The translations under genes and the position numbers were made by a program. Below are positions 5,293-15,530 of a stretch of DNA of 20,000 nt, piece by piece. The notes under the pieces were generated by a model, which saw only the letters and a program-made list of their open reading frames with translations, was not told the DNA's origin and did no database searches. The stretch is taken from IMG/VR virus record IMGVR_UViG_3300010356_001334, one strand, 5' to 3'. Positions within the stretch are counted from its first letter, which is position 1; every line of letters starts with the position of its first letter. The DNA is from an uncultured virus (IMG/VR IMGVR_UViG_3300010356_001334). Lineage: Duplodnaviria > Heunggongvirae > Uroviricota > Caudoviricetes.

Positions 5293-6015
5293 TTACCATC
5301 GAGCATAAATAGATTTATTTTCAACTGAAAGGTTTGCAGTTACCAATAGTTTTTCTTTTAAGAAATCTGACTTTGAAATCTCTTTAATTGTAGTTGTTTT
5401 ATATGTATTCCATGTTGAGTTACGATTATAATCAAACGTAATCTCATAATAGCCTGGATTTAAAACATTAACAGAATCAAAGTGAAATCTTTTCTTAATT
5501 TCAACTTTGATTGTTATAACGTATTTTGGTTCTTGATTAATTTGAGGTAATGCTTTTAACTCAGATACATAGAGCTTACCAATTTGCTCTGGGATATATG
5601 TTCTGGTGTTTTCATTGTATGTAACTAGCCAGTGTTCATTACTAGCACGCACATCATAGACTAATCGAGCATTTGGTTTTAATGCATATTCAAAAGAAAT
5701 TGCATTAATATAAAGTCCACCTTTCCATCCTTCATTCTTTCCTTGATATCCAGCATCTAAGACATCATAAGGAAGAACAGCATAACCAATGATTGCTCCA
5801 TATAGGCATGTTGAAGCTGTAATCCGTGGTGTTGTTCGGTCTTCCATATTTGCTTGCCTAAATCCAATACGCGGAATATAGACATTAGGACGATCTTTCG
5901 TAATATGGATAAGGAAGGGATCGGGAAGCTGGTTGGCTGTTACGATGGTGATATTTTTCTGAACTTTATCAGGAAGGCGTTTGATAAAAAATTCAAGTTC
6001 TTGAAGAGAAGACAT
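5293..6015 (-). CDS. Hypothetical phage protein, 240 aa
   Basis: Long AT-rich ORF with motif-like segments H-I-T, YIPRIG, EDRTTPRITAS and EHWLV. Confidence 0.8.
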   Translation of the reverse strand: MSSLQELEFFIKRLPDKVQKNITIVTANQLPDPFLIHITKDRPNVYIPRIGFRQANMEDRTTPRITASTCLYGAIIGYAVLPYDVLDAGYQGKNEGWKGGLYINAISFEYALKPNARLVYDVRASNEHWLVTYNENTRTYIPEQIGKLYVSELKALPQINQEPKYVITIKVEIKKRFHFDSVNVLNPGYYEITFDYNRNSTWNTYKTTTIKEISKSDFLKEKLLVTANLSVENKSIYARW

Positions 6016-6069
6016 TGTTCTTTAGTCCTAGTGTGCGTTACCACTGGATCTTTCAAATGAACAGTGGGA

Positions 6070-6105
6070 GACACAGGGAGAAGGCGAAAGCCTTCTCCCT
6101 GTGTC
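6070..6105. terminator. Hairpin terminator downstream of the tail tube gene
   Basis: 16-bp perfect stem GACACAGGGAGAAGGC-GAAA-GCCTTCTCCCTGTGTC. Confidence 0.8.
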
Positions 6106-6144
6106 AGCACTAGCTTTCTTTTTTGGCTTTTAGACCATTAAAGA

Positions 6145-7014
6145 TTAGATCACATTACCTACGCGAGCCTGGGCAATATTCTCAGTCGACTCTTTATACC
6201 CTTTTTCAATCGAAGCTACATCAGCAGAGATTGACTTAATAAAGGATTCGCGTACCTGTGGTGAACTCCATACTTTATTGATCCCATCGAGCAACTCTTG
6301 ACCAAACACACGTGTACCTTCATTGATAAAGGTCAGCGAGGTCATTTCAACCGAGAGTTCCTTAATCGAAAGCGCAGACGTTTTATCCATCTTGCCTTCA
6401 ATCGGACCTGTGCCTTGCGGCCAGACGTTCGTCGAGATCCAGGTGCGGACAACGCGCTTACCCGTCGGATCCGGTTCAATGAAGGCAATTGTGCCACCAT
6501 ACCAGTCGGCCAGGTTATCAGTCGGACCACCACCTTCGAGCGTCGCTGTCAGCGGGGTCTTGGTCTCAGGATGCATCAGACCATACATAATCCAACGTTC
6601 CAGGAAGTTCTGGAAGACGTTGCCATATTTCTCAACCATATTGATGGTCAGAGTGGAGCGCTCACGCTTGACATCCGTGAACTCCTGGAAGAATTCACCA
6701 CCACCACCAAACGCGTGTTCCGCCACTTCAACCGTCAGGCCAGCCTTCAACCCTTCAATGGTACGAGCGTGTTTTTCAATCATCACCTTCCACGCCGTCA
6801 CCCACTTATCCGGATCAGGCATGAATTGGAAGAATTCAGGCGACTCCAGAACGATCGGGATCAGGTTACGCGGAACATAAGCTTGAGCCGAGACCCATTC
6901 AGCCGGGTTCGTGGCCCAGCCAAATTGACCACCCAGCATTGGGTCAAGCTGAGGCATTTCATTGCCAGAAGACCAAGCCTTAGCGCCAAGCAGCGCATCG
7001 GTAAGACGTGCCAT
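6145..7014 (-). CDS. Tail tube protein (phiKZ gp30-like), 289 aa
   Basis: Directly downstream of the sheath; size and motifs (GGQFGW, QAYVPRNL, EPDPT, NVWP..TG) fit phiKZ-like tube proteins; RBS AAGGAG. Confidence 0.85.
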   Translation of the reverse strand: MARLTDALLGAKAWSSGNEMPQLDPMLGGQFGWATNPAEWVSAQAYVPRNLIPIVLESPEFFQFMPDPDKWVTAWKVMIEKHARTIEGLKAGLTVEVAEHAFGGGGEFFQEFTDVKRERSTLTINMVEKYGNVFQNFLERWIMYGLMHPETKTPLTATLEGGGPTDNLADWYGGTIAFIEPDPTGKRVVRTWISTNVWPQGTGPIEGKMDKTSALSIKELSVEMTSLTFINEGTRVFGQELLDGINKVWSSPQVRESFIKSISADVASIEKGYKESTENIAQARVGNVI

Positions 7015-7045
7015 GTTTATTTACTCCTTAAATGTAGAAGAGGGA

Positions 7046-9124
7046 TTACTCGCCCGCGTAGTCTTCGATACGACGAGCGACCACGTAAGTCGTCATCACC
7101 GTCTTCATACCCGCAGCCCAGATATCGATCGGCAGCGTCCAGGAGTAGTTACGCACTTCATCCAGACTGGTGAAATAAGCGCGCGGACGAATCACAAAGC
7201 GATCGTCAAACTTACCACGGACTTGCTCACTCACGAAGTCATTCACACGCTTAGTGAACTGAGCAGGCGTCAGACCCGAGATACCAGAGAAGGTACGATG
7301 CGCCTTGTGAGCAATCTTGTTCAGCTGAATGATAGCGCAAGCTGTCAGATAGCTCGTCAGGACCGAGGTATCGTCGCCATAGACCGTCTTGATTGCCGGG
7401 AAGACATAGCTGGTGCGATCATAGCGGGTAACCCAGTTCAGACCCACATCCCAGTTACGGTTACGCACGTTATCAGGCGTCCAACGGATCGACAGGTCAT
7501 ACTGTTCTTCAACCAGCGAACCAGGGAAGCCATCGAAGTTACGACCATTCTTCCAGATGCCGTTCCCAGCACCCATATAACGCGCCGACTTCACACCCAG
7601 TTCATAGGTCAGCGGGACCGGATTGACGATCTGACTGGCACGAATACGACCCACGCAACCTTGGATCAGGGCACGGAAGACCGGTGTACCAAAATAGGTC
7701 GATTCAGGATGCAGTGACAGACGCGATTGCAGCGCAGCAGCAACCGAATACTCTTCAGCAGCCGTCAGAACGCGCTCACCATACTCCGAAGGCGACAGGA
7801 CCACGAAGGTGTCCTTACGGTTCGAGATAAACGAGATCAGGTCATATTTGGTCTCGAGCGGGAAACCCGTGTCGTAGATATGACTTTCAACGTGATAAGC
7901 GATGTCGTTCAGTTCATCATTCTCGTTGGCGTAGCGCTTCATGTACTCCGAGACGAGTTGAGCGTGCAGTTCATGCGACATCGTACCGTCACTACCGCCA
8001 CCGGCATAGACGTTGGTCGATTGCGAGAACCGAACTGCGTCATCCGAATCTGTAAAGATGTAGCTGTGGTAAGGAACGTTTTGCGAAGTCGTACCGGTCA
8101 CAAAGTTAAAGAGGTGCTTATCTTCAACATCAGCCGTAAAGTCCGAATCATCATTCAAGAACGGCACTTCGGCTGCTTGGAACTGAGCCAGCAGCAGATC
8201 AATGTTCTCTTGATAAACCTTCACACGACCAAATTCACCATACTGCTTCGCGTAGCGCGGATCCTTCAGACTCTGGTAGTCTTCAATCGCACGTTCACCA
8301 AAATACAGGCGAGAAGTCGTCAGCGGATCAACCACTTCCGGCTTGAAGCTCACCATGATCTGCTGTTCGCCAAAGGTGGATTCCACCATCTTCGCCGAAC
8401 CCGTTGCTGCGTTCTTACGAATCACAGCCATCATGTACGGATAAACCTTCTCACGCGCCATCAGTTTGGTAGGCAGTGCTGATTGGTTATCTGCATTGAT
8501 CGACCACAGACGGATACCGGCCAGGTTACCGTCCTTACCAATGAACGAATGCTCCAGTTCAAAGATCGGATAACGCTGCGACTGAACGCTCGTTGCCGGA
8601 TCAACTTGGTCACCAACAACAATACCAGCCGCACCAAAGGTTTCAGCCAGCGCATGGGTATCCAGATGCTGAACCACAAACTTGACACGGTGACCCGCGG
8701 CCTGACCCGTGATGATTGGATCACCTGCTACGTCAGTCTTAATCGAACCGTCGCTATTGCGCTGATAGATATCAACTTGAGTCGGGAGCACATCCAGATA
8801 GACACGCAGCGTGGGCTTCGGACCTGCATCCACCGGGATCATACGGACATACATTGCCGCATTGCCTTCCGCATTCACGCCATTGGAATGAAGAGTCTGG
8901 TGGTTGAAATACTCACTACGCTCAGTGAACGTTTCTTCACCATACATCTGAAGACGTTCATTGCCCACCAGGAGTTCTTCCGTGGTCGGACCCTTCTGGG
9001 CATAGATAAAGTACTTCGGCAGATGCTGTGGAAGCTCCTCGGGAGCGCGGCCATAGGGCCGGGTGCTCAGATCCTGGACGCCATAGTCAACAACTCCCGG
9101 CGCGCCATTAATGATGGTTTTCAT
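7046..9124 (-). CDS. Contractile tail sheath protein (phiKZ gp29-like), 692 aa
   Basis: INGAPG...G.QD.S N-terminus, PQHLP...YAQKGP, GGSDGT, YDTGFPLETK, and a C-terminal FPAIKTVY.DDTSVL sheath domain; size and gene order. Confidence 0.92.
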   Translation of the reverse strand: MKTIINGAPGVVDYGVQDLSTRPYGRAPEELPQHLPKYFIYAQKGPTTEELLVGNERLQMYGEETFTERSEYFNHQTLHSNGVNAEGNAAMYVRMIPVDAGPKPTLRVYLDVLPTQVDIYQRNSDGSIKTDVAGDPIITGQAAGHRVKFVVQHLDTHALAETFGAAGIVVGDQVDPATSVQSQRYPIFELEHSFIGKDGNLAGIRLWSINADNQSALPTKLMAREKVYPYMMAVIRKNAATGSAKMVESTFGEQQIMVSFKPEVVDPLTTSRLYFGERAIEDYQSLKDPRYAKQYGEFGRVKVYQENIDLLLAQFQAAEVPFLNDDSDFTADVEDKHLFNFVTGTTSQNVPYHSYIFTDSDDAVRFSQSTNVYAGGGSDGTMSHELHAQLVSEYMKRYANENDELNDIAYHVESHIYDTGFPLETKYDLISFISNRKDTFVVLSPSEYGERVLTAAEEYSVAAALQSRLSLHPESTYFGTPVFRALIQGCVGRIRASQIVNPVPLTYELGVKSARYMGAGNGIWKNGRNFDGFPGSLVEEQYDLSIRWTPDNVRNRNWDVGLNWVTRYDRTSYVFPAIKTVYGDDTSVLTSYLTACAIIQLNKIAHKAHRTFSGISGLTPAQFTKRVNDFVSEQVRGKFDDRFVIRPRAYFTSLDEVRNYSWTLPIDIWAAGMKTVMTTYVVARRIEDYAGE

Positions 9125-9162
9125 GTGTCAAATCCTCTCTTTAGAAGAAGTGGAGAAAAAGA

Positions 9163-10158
9163 ATGCCTCTGTTCAAAACGAGTTACGATACAACGGTGGG
9201 TAAGATCTTCGATATGAAGAAACTAGATCTTTCCCTGAAAGAAGCTTTGATCACCGGGAGTCTCGGTTATCGGCGGCTTGGGGTAGAAAAGATCGATCAA
9301 TGCGCTGCTGTCTTTGTGATTGGAGGGCCTGATGAAAACAACATTCCTCCTTTTATCCACCCCTACCTTATTCAGAACTATAAAGGTCAGAATTATTTAA
9401 TTTCTGATCTTCGTTTATTCCGTCCAAATTCACGAGAGTTTTTGACCGAGCGTGAGTTTGAACTGAATGTTCGGAATAAGACAGAATATGGACTTTCTAA
9501 GAGTCGTGCTGTCCTGAATCTGCTTTGGCTCTCGGACTCAGTTTCAAGTCTTCGTACTCGCTTCTCCTTTGCAGGTTCAGTGTTTGCCACTTGGTTAAGT
9601 CAAGCTATTGCCAGAGCATACGCTTTAGATTTCCAAGAACAAATGAAAGTAACAGCTGTAGGAATGTACTATTACTACAGCCTTTTCACCACAGAGACTC
9701 GCCTCACCGATAGTGCGCTTGAAACAGCAGTCATCCATACCATTAAGACGACAAAAATCCCTGCATCTGAAGTCTATTCTTTATTTGAAGGCTTAGGTGA
9801 GATTAAGGGGATTGAAGACTACTGTAATGAAGTCAAAAAAGTTGTTGAGAATGTTCGATTGCGTGACTTTAACCTAGCCATGCTTTTAACGTTAGTTCGT
9901 AATACGTGGTATGGTACAAATTCAAAAGATCTGATTAGCGTTGCACTGGAACATCCGCCTACTTGGATCTCAATCGTTTATGCGACAGCTACTGAGCGCA
10001 GCTATAAGTCGTCTATGTTGTATAAAATTGTGGAATTGCAAGCCAAGCGTGGCAATGGTGATGAGTTCTTGATGAACTATAAGTCTTTGATGAAAGAAAC
10101 TGTTGTGAGTTTTGAAGACGCTGATAATGAAATCGTCTTTAAAGACTTTGAGGACTGA
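9163..10158 (+). CDS. Virion structural protein (phiKZ gp28-like by position), 331 aa
   Basis: Divergent from the sheath; IPPF.HP and ALEHPPTW motifs; gene order matches the phiKZ gp25-gp30 block. Confidence 0.75.
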   Translation: MPLFKTSYDTTVGKIFDMKKLDLSLKEALITGSLGYRRLGVEKIDQCAAVFVIGGPDENNIPPFIHPYLIQNYKGQNYLISDLRLFRPNSREFLTEREFELNVRNKTEYGLSKSRAVLNLLWLSDSVSSLRTRFSFAGSVFATWLSQAIARAYALDFQEQMKVTAVGMYYYYSLFTTETRLTDSALETAVIHTIKTTKIPASEVYSLFEGLGEIKGIEDYCNEVKKVVENVRLRDFNLAMLLTLVRNTWYGTNSKDLISVALEHPPTWISIVYATATERSYKSSMLYKIVELQAKRGNGDEFLMNYKSLMKETVVSFEDADNEIVFKDFED

Positions 10159-10163
10159 GAACC

Positions 10164-12755
10164 ATGTTTTCATTTCTCAGAGACCATGCCAGTAAGAATG
10201 TGTGGTGTAGTCCTGAGCAAGATAATCAAGTTATCTTAGCTGCTCAACGCATCACACGTCCAGGGGGAGAGTTGATCTCTTTCCCTATTATGACGCGTCG
10301 TATCGAGCTTCCTACAAAAGATCGTCGCTACCACATTTTTCAAGTTGGACAAGCCCATCCTTCTGTGCTTGGACTACTACCTCGGTTTCCAAACTGGACA
10401 AAGGCTTCTTGGAAGAAGTTTAGCGACACGGTTGAAAAACTTCCTTTGTTCTGTGATCTCTATACAGACACAGGGGTACATCTCGCACTACATCGTGCGT
10501 ACTATATGTATACCGATGATCGCGCTCTGATCTTTGCAATTGATCTCACAGGAAAATCTCCTATTGACTATCAGCGAGATCAGATCTACCTGCGTCTTTA
10601 CACCAATGCATTCTTTGAAAGTAATCAAGGCGCTGCCTTAGTTAACAAGACTCAGACAGGCGGACTGACAATTCAACGTAGCAGCGACATCTTAGCAATT
10701 CAGACTCAGGTAATTCAAAAGCGTTTATTACCTGGACAAGTTTTTTGTTTTATCAATGGTCACTTAGTTGACGAGATTAATCTGTTTACGGCTAAGATAG
10801 GCGATGTCGTCGAATACATCTATGACGCTTCTATTAAACGAATTGTAGATTTAAAAGTTGAGAGCCTGAAGACATTTACAAGCACGCTCGATAGTAGTTA
10901 TAAATATCTTCTTCATTATCCAAAAACTGGAGAAGACATGATTGACTATGTCGACGATATTGACGTTTATGTGCTTAAGAAAGATGGTGCTCGATTCAAA
11001 GGTCAATACCTTCATCGCAATAAAGAAGACGCGCTCAGGATGGTCACGCATCGTGACTATAGTGTTCCGGTTGATACCTTTGAACACATTGCACGGTCTT
11101 TAGCTGAACTTACCAGCCTTCAGCCGCTTGATCTTCGAGAATTCTATATTCGTCTTTATATCAGAAACAGTGGTCTGAAAAGACCACTTGTCTATGACCA
11201 TCAAAGAATCTTTGAGCTCTATAAACTTGATGATAATGATGTTGTTAACGCCATGGTTGGAGTTGACGCCGTTATTCCTGAGTGGACTGCAACACAGCTA
11301 GAAGACTCCGCCTATACGGAGTTGATGAGAACACCGTATAATGAAATCAACATTGATCTCATTGAACGTGCATACGGGTATAACGCTATTACCAAGATTA
11401 TTGGCGATACTCCGACTAAAACACGTCTATTTAACGGGGTTCAGATCATAGAACTCCCCATTGGACTCTATGAGAAAAGTACCGTTTATGAATACGACGC
11501 GAATGGTGTTCTTTTAGAATACCACCAGCACATGCTCGGAACGGTCTATAGCGCGCGAAATAGTCAAACTAGGATTGTTGAAGGTGTAGCGGGTCTAGGA
11601 AGTAATGAACCTTCTGTGATCTATGGCCTAGACAATATTAATCTCCCATCTACTTATAGCTATCGCGTCTATATGTGTTATTTGGTCGATGGTTTACCCA
11701 ATAATGACTGGCGCGATATTACTGACTCTAATCTTTATCACGTTGTTGATGATGTTCTTATCTGGAACAATCTGGAAACTGAACAGTACTTAATGGTCAG
11801 AACAGATGAAAAGTTCTTAACTTATACACTTGAACTTCATGCTGTTGCTGGAACCTATTATTTTGATCTCACTGAGACCGTGGATGGACTTGAAAGAGTC
11901 ATGACGGTTCCAATGGGAGATTTGGATATTTGGCTCAATGGTAAAGCACTTATTCAAGGTCTTGACTATGTGGTGGACTTTCCACGCGTGATGATCTTCA
12001 ATAAAGCTTACCTGAGACAACCTGCAGGATCTTCTTCACAAACCATTGTTGTTCGTTTTACTGGGTTCTGTGATGAAAACTTAAAGATGCGACAACCTGA
12101 AGACTATGGTTTTATTGAACATGGTGTTCTGTCTAATGATTCTGAATTCGATATCCGTGACGATAAGGTCTTGAGGATCACCGTACGTGGCGACGTTAAG
12201 CATCGTTCAGATCTTAAGTTTTCTGAAGATCACAGTGGTGTCAGTATTGTTGATGTCTTAAATGGTGCACCCTATCAAATCAAAGACGTCATTGTACCAT
12301 TGAGAACTCTGACACATGAAGAGACCTATCGTCTTCGTGCACGCTCTGAAGACCTTGATCAGAGAATCGAAGAGTACATGACGTTGAAGTATCCGCAACC
12401 TGACAGAGACGCAGTCAGTGCCATTTCAAATCGTCATATGCTCTATAGTCCTTTCTTTAGTCATATTGTCAGTGATTTGGCTTCTGGTCAAATTGATAAG
12501 ACACGACTAGAAAGGGTATTAGAAGAAACGGATGTTCTTGAGTTATGTGCACCGTATGAGTACTTACTTGAGACTGATCCTTTGAATGAAAACTTAAAGA
12601 TAGACCAACGTTATATTGTTATTCATCCGACACAGCTAACTTCAGCGGTTGGGCTTGATCTCTATAGCTATAAATTCATGCAGCGTGTCGTTGCGCTCTA
12701 TGGAAAAGGTCTGATCCAATTAAGTCCGTATTTAAATGTATCTTTAGGAGGTTAA
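10164..12755 (+). CDS. Large virion structural protein (phiKZ gp27-like, probably tail/baseplate), 863 aa
   Basis: NVWCSPEQD.Q N-terminus, RMVTHRDYS, AYGYNA, WLNGKALIQGLDY; size and gene order. Confidence 0.8.
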   Translation: MFSFLRDHASKNVWCSPEQDNQVILAAQRITRPGGELISFPIMTRRIELPTKDRRYHIFQVGQAHPSVLGLLPRFPNWTKASWKKFSDTVEKLPLFCDLYTDTGVHLALHRAYYMYTDDRALIFAIDLTGKSPIDYQRDQIYLRLYTNAFFESNQGAALVNKTQTGGLTIQRSSDILAIQTQVIQKRLLPGQVFCFINGHLVDEINLFTAKIGDVVEYIYDASIKRIVDLKVESLKTFTSTLDSSYKYLLHYPKTGEDMIDYVDDIDVYVLKKDGARFKGQYLHRNKEDALRMVTHRDYSVPVDTFEHIARSLAELTSLQPLDLREFYIRLYIRNSGLKRPLVYDHQRIFELYKLDDNDVVNAMVGVDAVIPEWTATQLEDSAYTELMRTPYNEINIDLIERAYGYNAITKIIGDTPTKTRLFNGVQIIELPIGLYEKSTVYEYDANGVLLEYHQHMLGTVYSARNSQTRIVEGVAGLGSNEPSVIYGLDNINLPSTYSYRVYMCYLVDGLPNNDWRDITDSNLYHVVDDVLIWNNLETEQYLMVRTDEKFLTYTLELHAVAGTYYFDLTETVDGLERVMTVPMGDLDIWLNGKALIQGLDYVVDFPRVMIFNKAYLRQPAGSSSQTIVVRFTGFCDENLKMRQPEDYGFIEHGVLSNDSEFDIRDDKVLRITVRGDVKHRSDLKFSEDHSGVSIVDVLNGAPYQIKDVIVPLRTLTHEETYRLRARSEDLDQRIEEYMTLKYPQPDRDAVSAISNRHMLYSPFFSHIVSDLASGQIDKTRLERVLEETDVLELCAPYEYLLETDPLNENLKIDQRYIVIHPTQLTSAVGLDLYSYKFMQRVVALYGKGLIQLSPYLNVSLGG

Positions 12756-12759
12756 GACA

Positions 12760-14427
12760 ATGGCAGGTAACGTTGTAGGTTCAGTCGATGGCGTGGTGCC
12801 TATCTATGACCCAGAAGGACTGTGGCGGATCTGGGATATCAATGTTGTCTGGCAGGGTGAATATGGTTCTAATCGTTTTGTTCCTCGTCAGAACGACTAT
12901 GTCATCGACCCCATGACCTTTGAGACATGGATCGTAGACCATCTTGATCCGGTTACGCTGGTTCCGACATTGCGTTCAATTAAACCGGCTGGAATGAACT
13001 ATTCTTTATCTGAAGACGATGTTCTTTTTGGCGTAGGTCCGGGTAGTGACGCTGAGACCTATCGTGCGTATCTGAACGATAGCGTCTATCCGCACACACT
13101 AGCAGTGGATCAACGTCTTAAGATCCATGGAACCATGAGTAGCTATGCTAAGATCTTCTTGGGTTCTGATACCAGTGAAGCGCGCGGTGAAGTGATCTCA
13201 AAGGTTTATGATGCAAGTGGTAACTTTATTTCAACTTCTGTACCACTAGAGCTTGTCGCTTTAGATAGCCATGTTAACTACGCAGTTAAATCAGTTAAAC
13301 GCTGTCACATTACTCGAAAGATTCCAAATAATGAAAGGATCACCGTTGTCATTTATGCTGATGACGGCCATGTCGTCTCTAAGCGACAGCTCCTTATTGA
13401 AAACACGGATACCATTACTGATGTCAACGCCGGTACAAAATACATCACGGAAATCTCCTTGGAATCGATCTGGCTATCTCCTACGGTGGCGGATCAGCTG
13501 GACTATCCGTTAAATATCCCAATGGACGCCCTCAACATGGTGGGCGTCGTCCATTATTCAGATGGGACTAAACTGAAGCTTCCTGTTGATGGTGGTAAGT
13601 TTGCCATGCTAGGTCTTCAGGGTCGTCTTTCGTCAATCATCGGACAACCTCATGAGTTGGTCTTACGCTATCTCATGTCACCAGGTGAAATCGCCTATGC
13701 GTCCACCGGTGTCAACGGGAAGTACATTACCAAACCCTTTAGGATCGTGACAACAAACCCCAATAACAGCATTGCAGTGAAGCTCTTTGGCTATCCTTTC
13801 TGGGAAGGAGAAGCTTTTGGGTATCGCATGCGCTGGTGGTTGCTGAATTTAACACGCAATATTCGGTTTGAAGTGACGAACCATGTTAAGTTTGCAGAAA
13901 ACACAGGACCGTATGACCCTAAACTTTACGGCTACCTTCAAAGAAAGGCTGTCTCGATCAATTTGAGAGACGTCTCTGGTAGCTTTATTCCATTCATCCA
14001 TACACAAGTGGTTGATATCGTCCTGAATGAACCGCCGACAAATGCGCTACAAGCCGCTTGGACTGTCACGACCGAGTCTAATGAGAGCTATCCGCGTTTT
14101 GGGGTTCAAGTCTATGGCTTAAAGAACAATAACCTTGTTAACTTTAAAGCGGGACATGAAACCTTTAATGATTGGTTAAAGGCGTATTATCGTGACACGC
14201 TTCCATTGGTCAATACGCTTCAAGAAAATGAAGCACCTTCTCCAACGCACTTTATTGTGACGTATGGCAATGACCAGACCGAGTGGTCAATTAGTCAATG
14301 GGATCAAGATCTCAATATAAGCGCTACTGTTAATACTGGAACGACTGCGCTGATTCGGTTCATTCGCCGAACTGCGTCAGGTGACCTTCAGTTGAGCTAT
14401 GCGGCTGCAATGATTAAAGGTGTTTAA
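12760..14427 (+). CDS. Virion structural protein (phiKZ gp26-like), 555 aa
   Basis: RBS AGGAGG; G.DG.VP.YDP...W..W N-terminus; beta-rich; third gene of the divergent structural operon. Confidence 0.78.
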   Translation: MAGNVVGSVDGVVPIYDPEGLWRIWDINVVWQGEYGSNRFVPRQNDYVIDPMTFETWIVDHLDPVTLVPTLRSIKPAGMNYSLSEDDVLFGVGPGSDAETYRAYLNDSVYPHTLAVDQRLKIHGTMSSYAKIFLGSDTSEARGEVISKVYDASGNFISTSVPLELVALDSHVNYAVKSVKRCHITRKIPNNERITVVIYADDGHVVSKRQLLIENTDTITDVNAGTKYITEISLESIWLSPTVADQLDYPLNIPMDALNMVGVVHYSDGTKLKLPVDGGKFAMLGLQGRLSSIIGQPHELVLRYLMSPGEIAYASTGVNGKYITKPFRIVTTNPNNSIAVKLFGYPFWEGEAFGYRMRWWLLNLTRNIRFEVTNHVKFAENTGPYDPKLYGYLQRKAVSINLRDVSGSFIPFIHTQVVDIVLNEPPTNALQAAWTVTTESNESYPRFGVQVYGLKNNNLVNFKAGHETFNDWLKAYYRDTLPLVNTLQENEAPSPTHFIVTYGNDQTEWSISQWDQDLNISATVNTGTTALIRFIRRTASGDLQLSYAAAMIKGV

Positions 14428-14439
14428 GCACATTTAAAG

Positions 14440-14471
14440 CACAGGGAGAAGGCGAAAGCCTTCTCCCTGTG
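14440..14471 (+). terminator. Hairpin terminator identical to 6072-6103
   Basis: CACAGGGAGAAGGC-GAAA-GCCTTCTCCCTGTG just after the stop at 14427. Confidence 0.8.
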
Positions 14472-14563
14472 ATCACCTTTGGAATTTATTTCAGTCACTT
14501 AAATTTAATTAGAGTAGTAGATGTGTTTACCTGTTTAACTCTTTTATCTCCGGAGAACCTACC

Positions 14564-15478
14564 ATGAATCAAGTTGCTGAAATCCTTGGCCTTCCTTTCT
14601 TCCTGAAAAAACAAGAAGTTGATCGTCCTATTCGAAAAATTGGGATTGTCTTTAATTATCCCGATCATTCGAGTTTTACTGCAGCAGTTCTTTTCAAAAC
14701 AATTTATGAAGCTTCTGATTTTGCCAATAGTAAGGAATTAATCCTGCTCGATGTTCGTGATGCGTTCTCGAATGATATTGATCAGTATTTCTGGTTTGGA
14801 ACTGGTACAATTAGTCAGTTTAGGGAATATTACCACGGTATGATGGAACAGATCAATAGCGAAGAAGAACGCAAATGGTACACTTATATGCGTGACAACA
14901 GCACGCATTTTTCAAGTCTGAAAGTGCAAGATCCTGAGCCGGCTGATAACATTGTAGGGCAGATGCTTGCCTATGCACTCGAGAAAGAGTTTCTCTCAGT
15001 AGAACAACATCAACGCTATATGCGTTTTGCTGTTTTAGCTGAAAACTTCATGACTGAAGAACTATCTGCAGAAGAAGCATGTGCATATTACAATGTTCTA
15101 AATCTGGCTAATCAACAATACCATGGTTCTCCTTTAAAGATTGAAGATTTTTATATAGTGACGAAAGTTACTGAAGAAGAAATTAAACTCTTTATCGAAG
15201 AACAAAGTCAGATTAATAAAGTTATCTCAAATAAATGTCGTCAGGTTATATTTGGAGATAACCTAAACTTTTACATTGTGACAACAACCAGTTCAGACTG
15301 TCATGGTCTTCTTCGTCGTCTTGCACTTTCGAAAAAGAAGGTTGTCCATGTGACAATGGGATCCTATGCCCCCGTTGTCTATAGCACGCACAATGTTCCA
15401 AAGAGCATTGTGAGTGTTAAAACCTATCTGGATTTAACAGCACAAGACAATGTTGTAAAGAAATTTAAAGTCATCTAA
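14564..15478 (+). CDS. Hypothetical protein, 304 aa
   Basis: RBS CCGGAGAA; own transcription unit between two terminators; no confident motif. Confidence 0.8.
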   Translation: MNQVAEILGLPFFLKKQEVDRPIRKIGIVFNYPDHSSFTAAVLFKTIYEASDFANSKELILLDVRDAFSNDIDQYFWFGTGTISQFREYYHGMMEQINSEEERKWYTYMRDNSTHFSSLKVQDPEPADNIVGQMLAYALEKEFLSVEQHQRYMRFAVLAENFMTEELSAEEACAYYNVLNLANQQYHGSPLKIEDFYIVTKVTEEEIKLFIEEQSQINKVISNKCRQVIFGDNLNFYIVTTTSSDCHGLLRRLALSKKKVVHVTMGSYAPVVYSTHNVPKSIVSVKTYLDLTAQDNVVKKFKVI

Positions 15479-15485
15479 CCGTTAA

Positions 15486-15530
15486 TAGAGAGCGAAGGGA
15501 TATCCCTTCGCTCTCTAGTATTTTTTTTTT
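15486..15530. terminator. Terminator between convergent genes
   Basis: TAGAGAGCGAAGGGA-TA-TCCCTTCGCTCTCTA followed by ten T residues. Confidence 0.85.

Noticed and set aside
6298..9217. Long plus-strand ORFs (291, 185, 251, 251, 244 aa) opposite the tube and sheath genes
   Set aside because: Antisense shadows of strongly codon-biased genes; no RBS or protein-like motifs.
14564..15478. DHH phosphoesterase assignment
   Set aside because: The N-terminal strand-helix pattern is only suggestive; the DxD and DHH catalytic motifs are absent.
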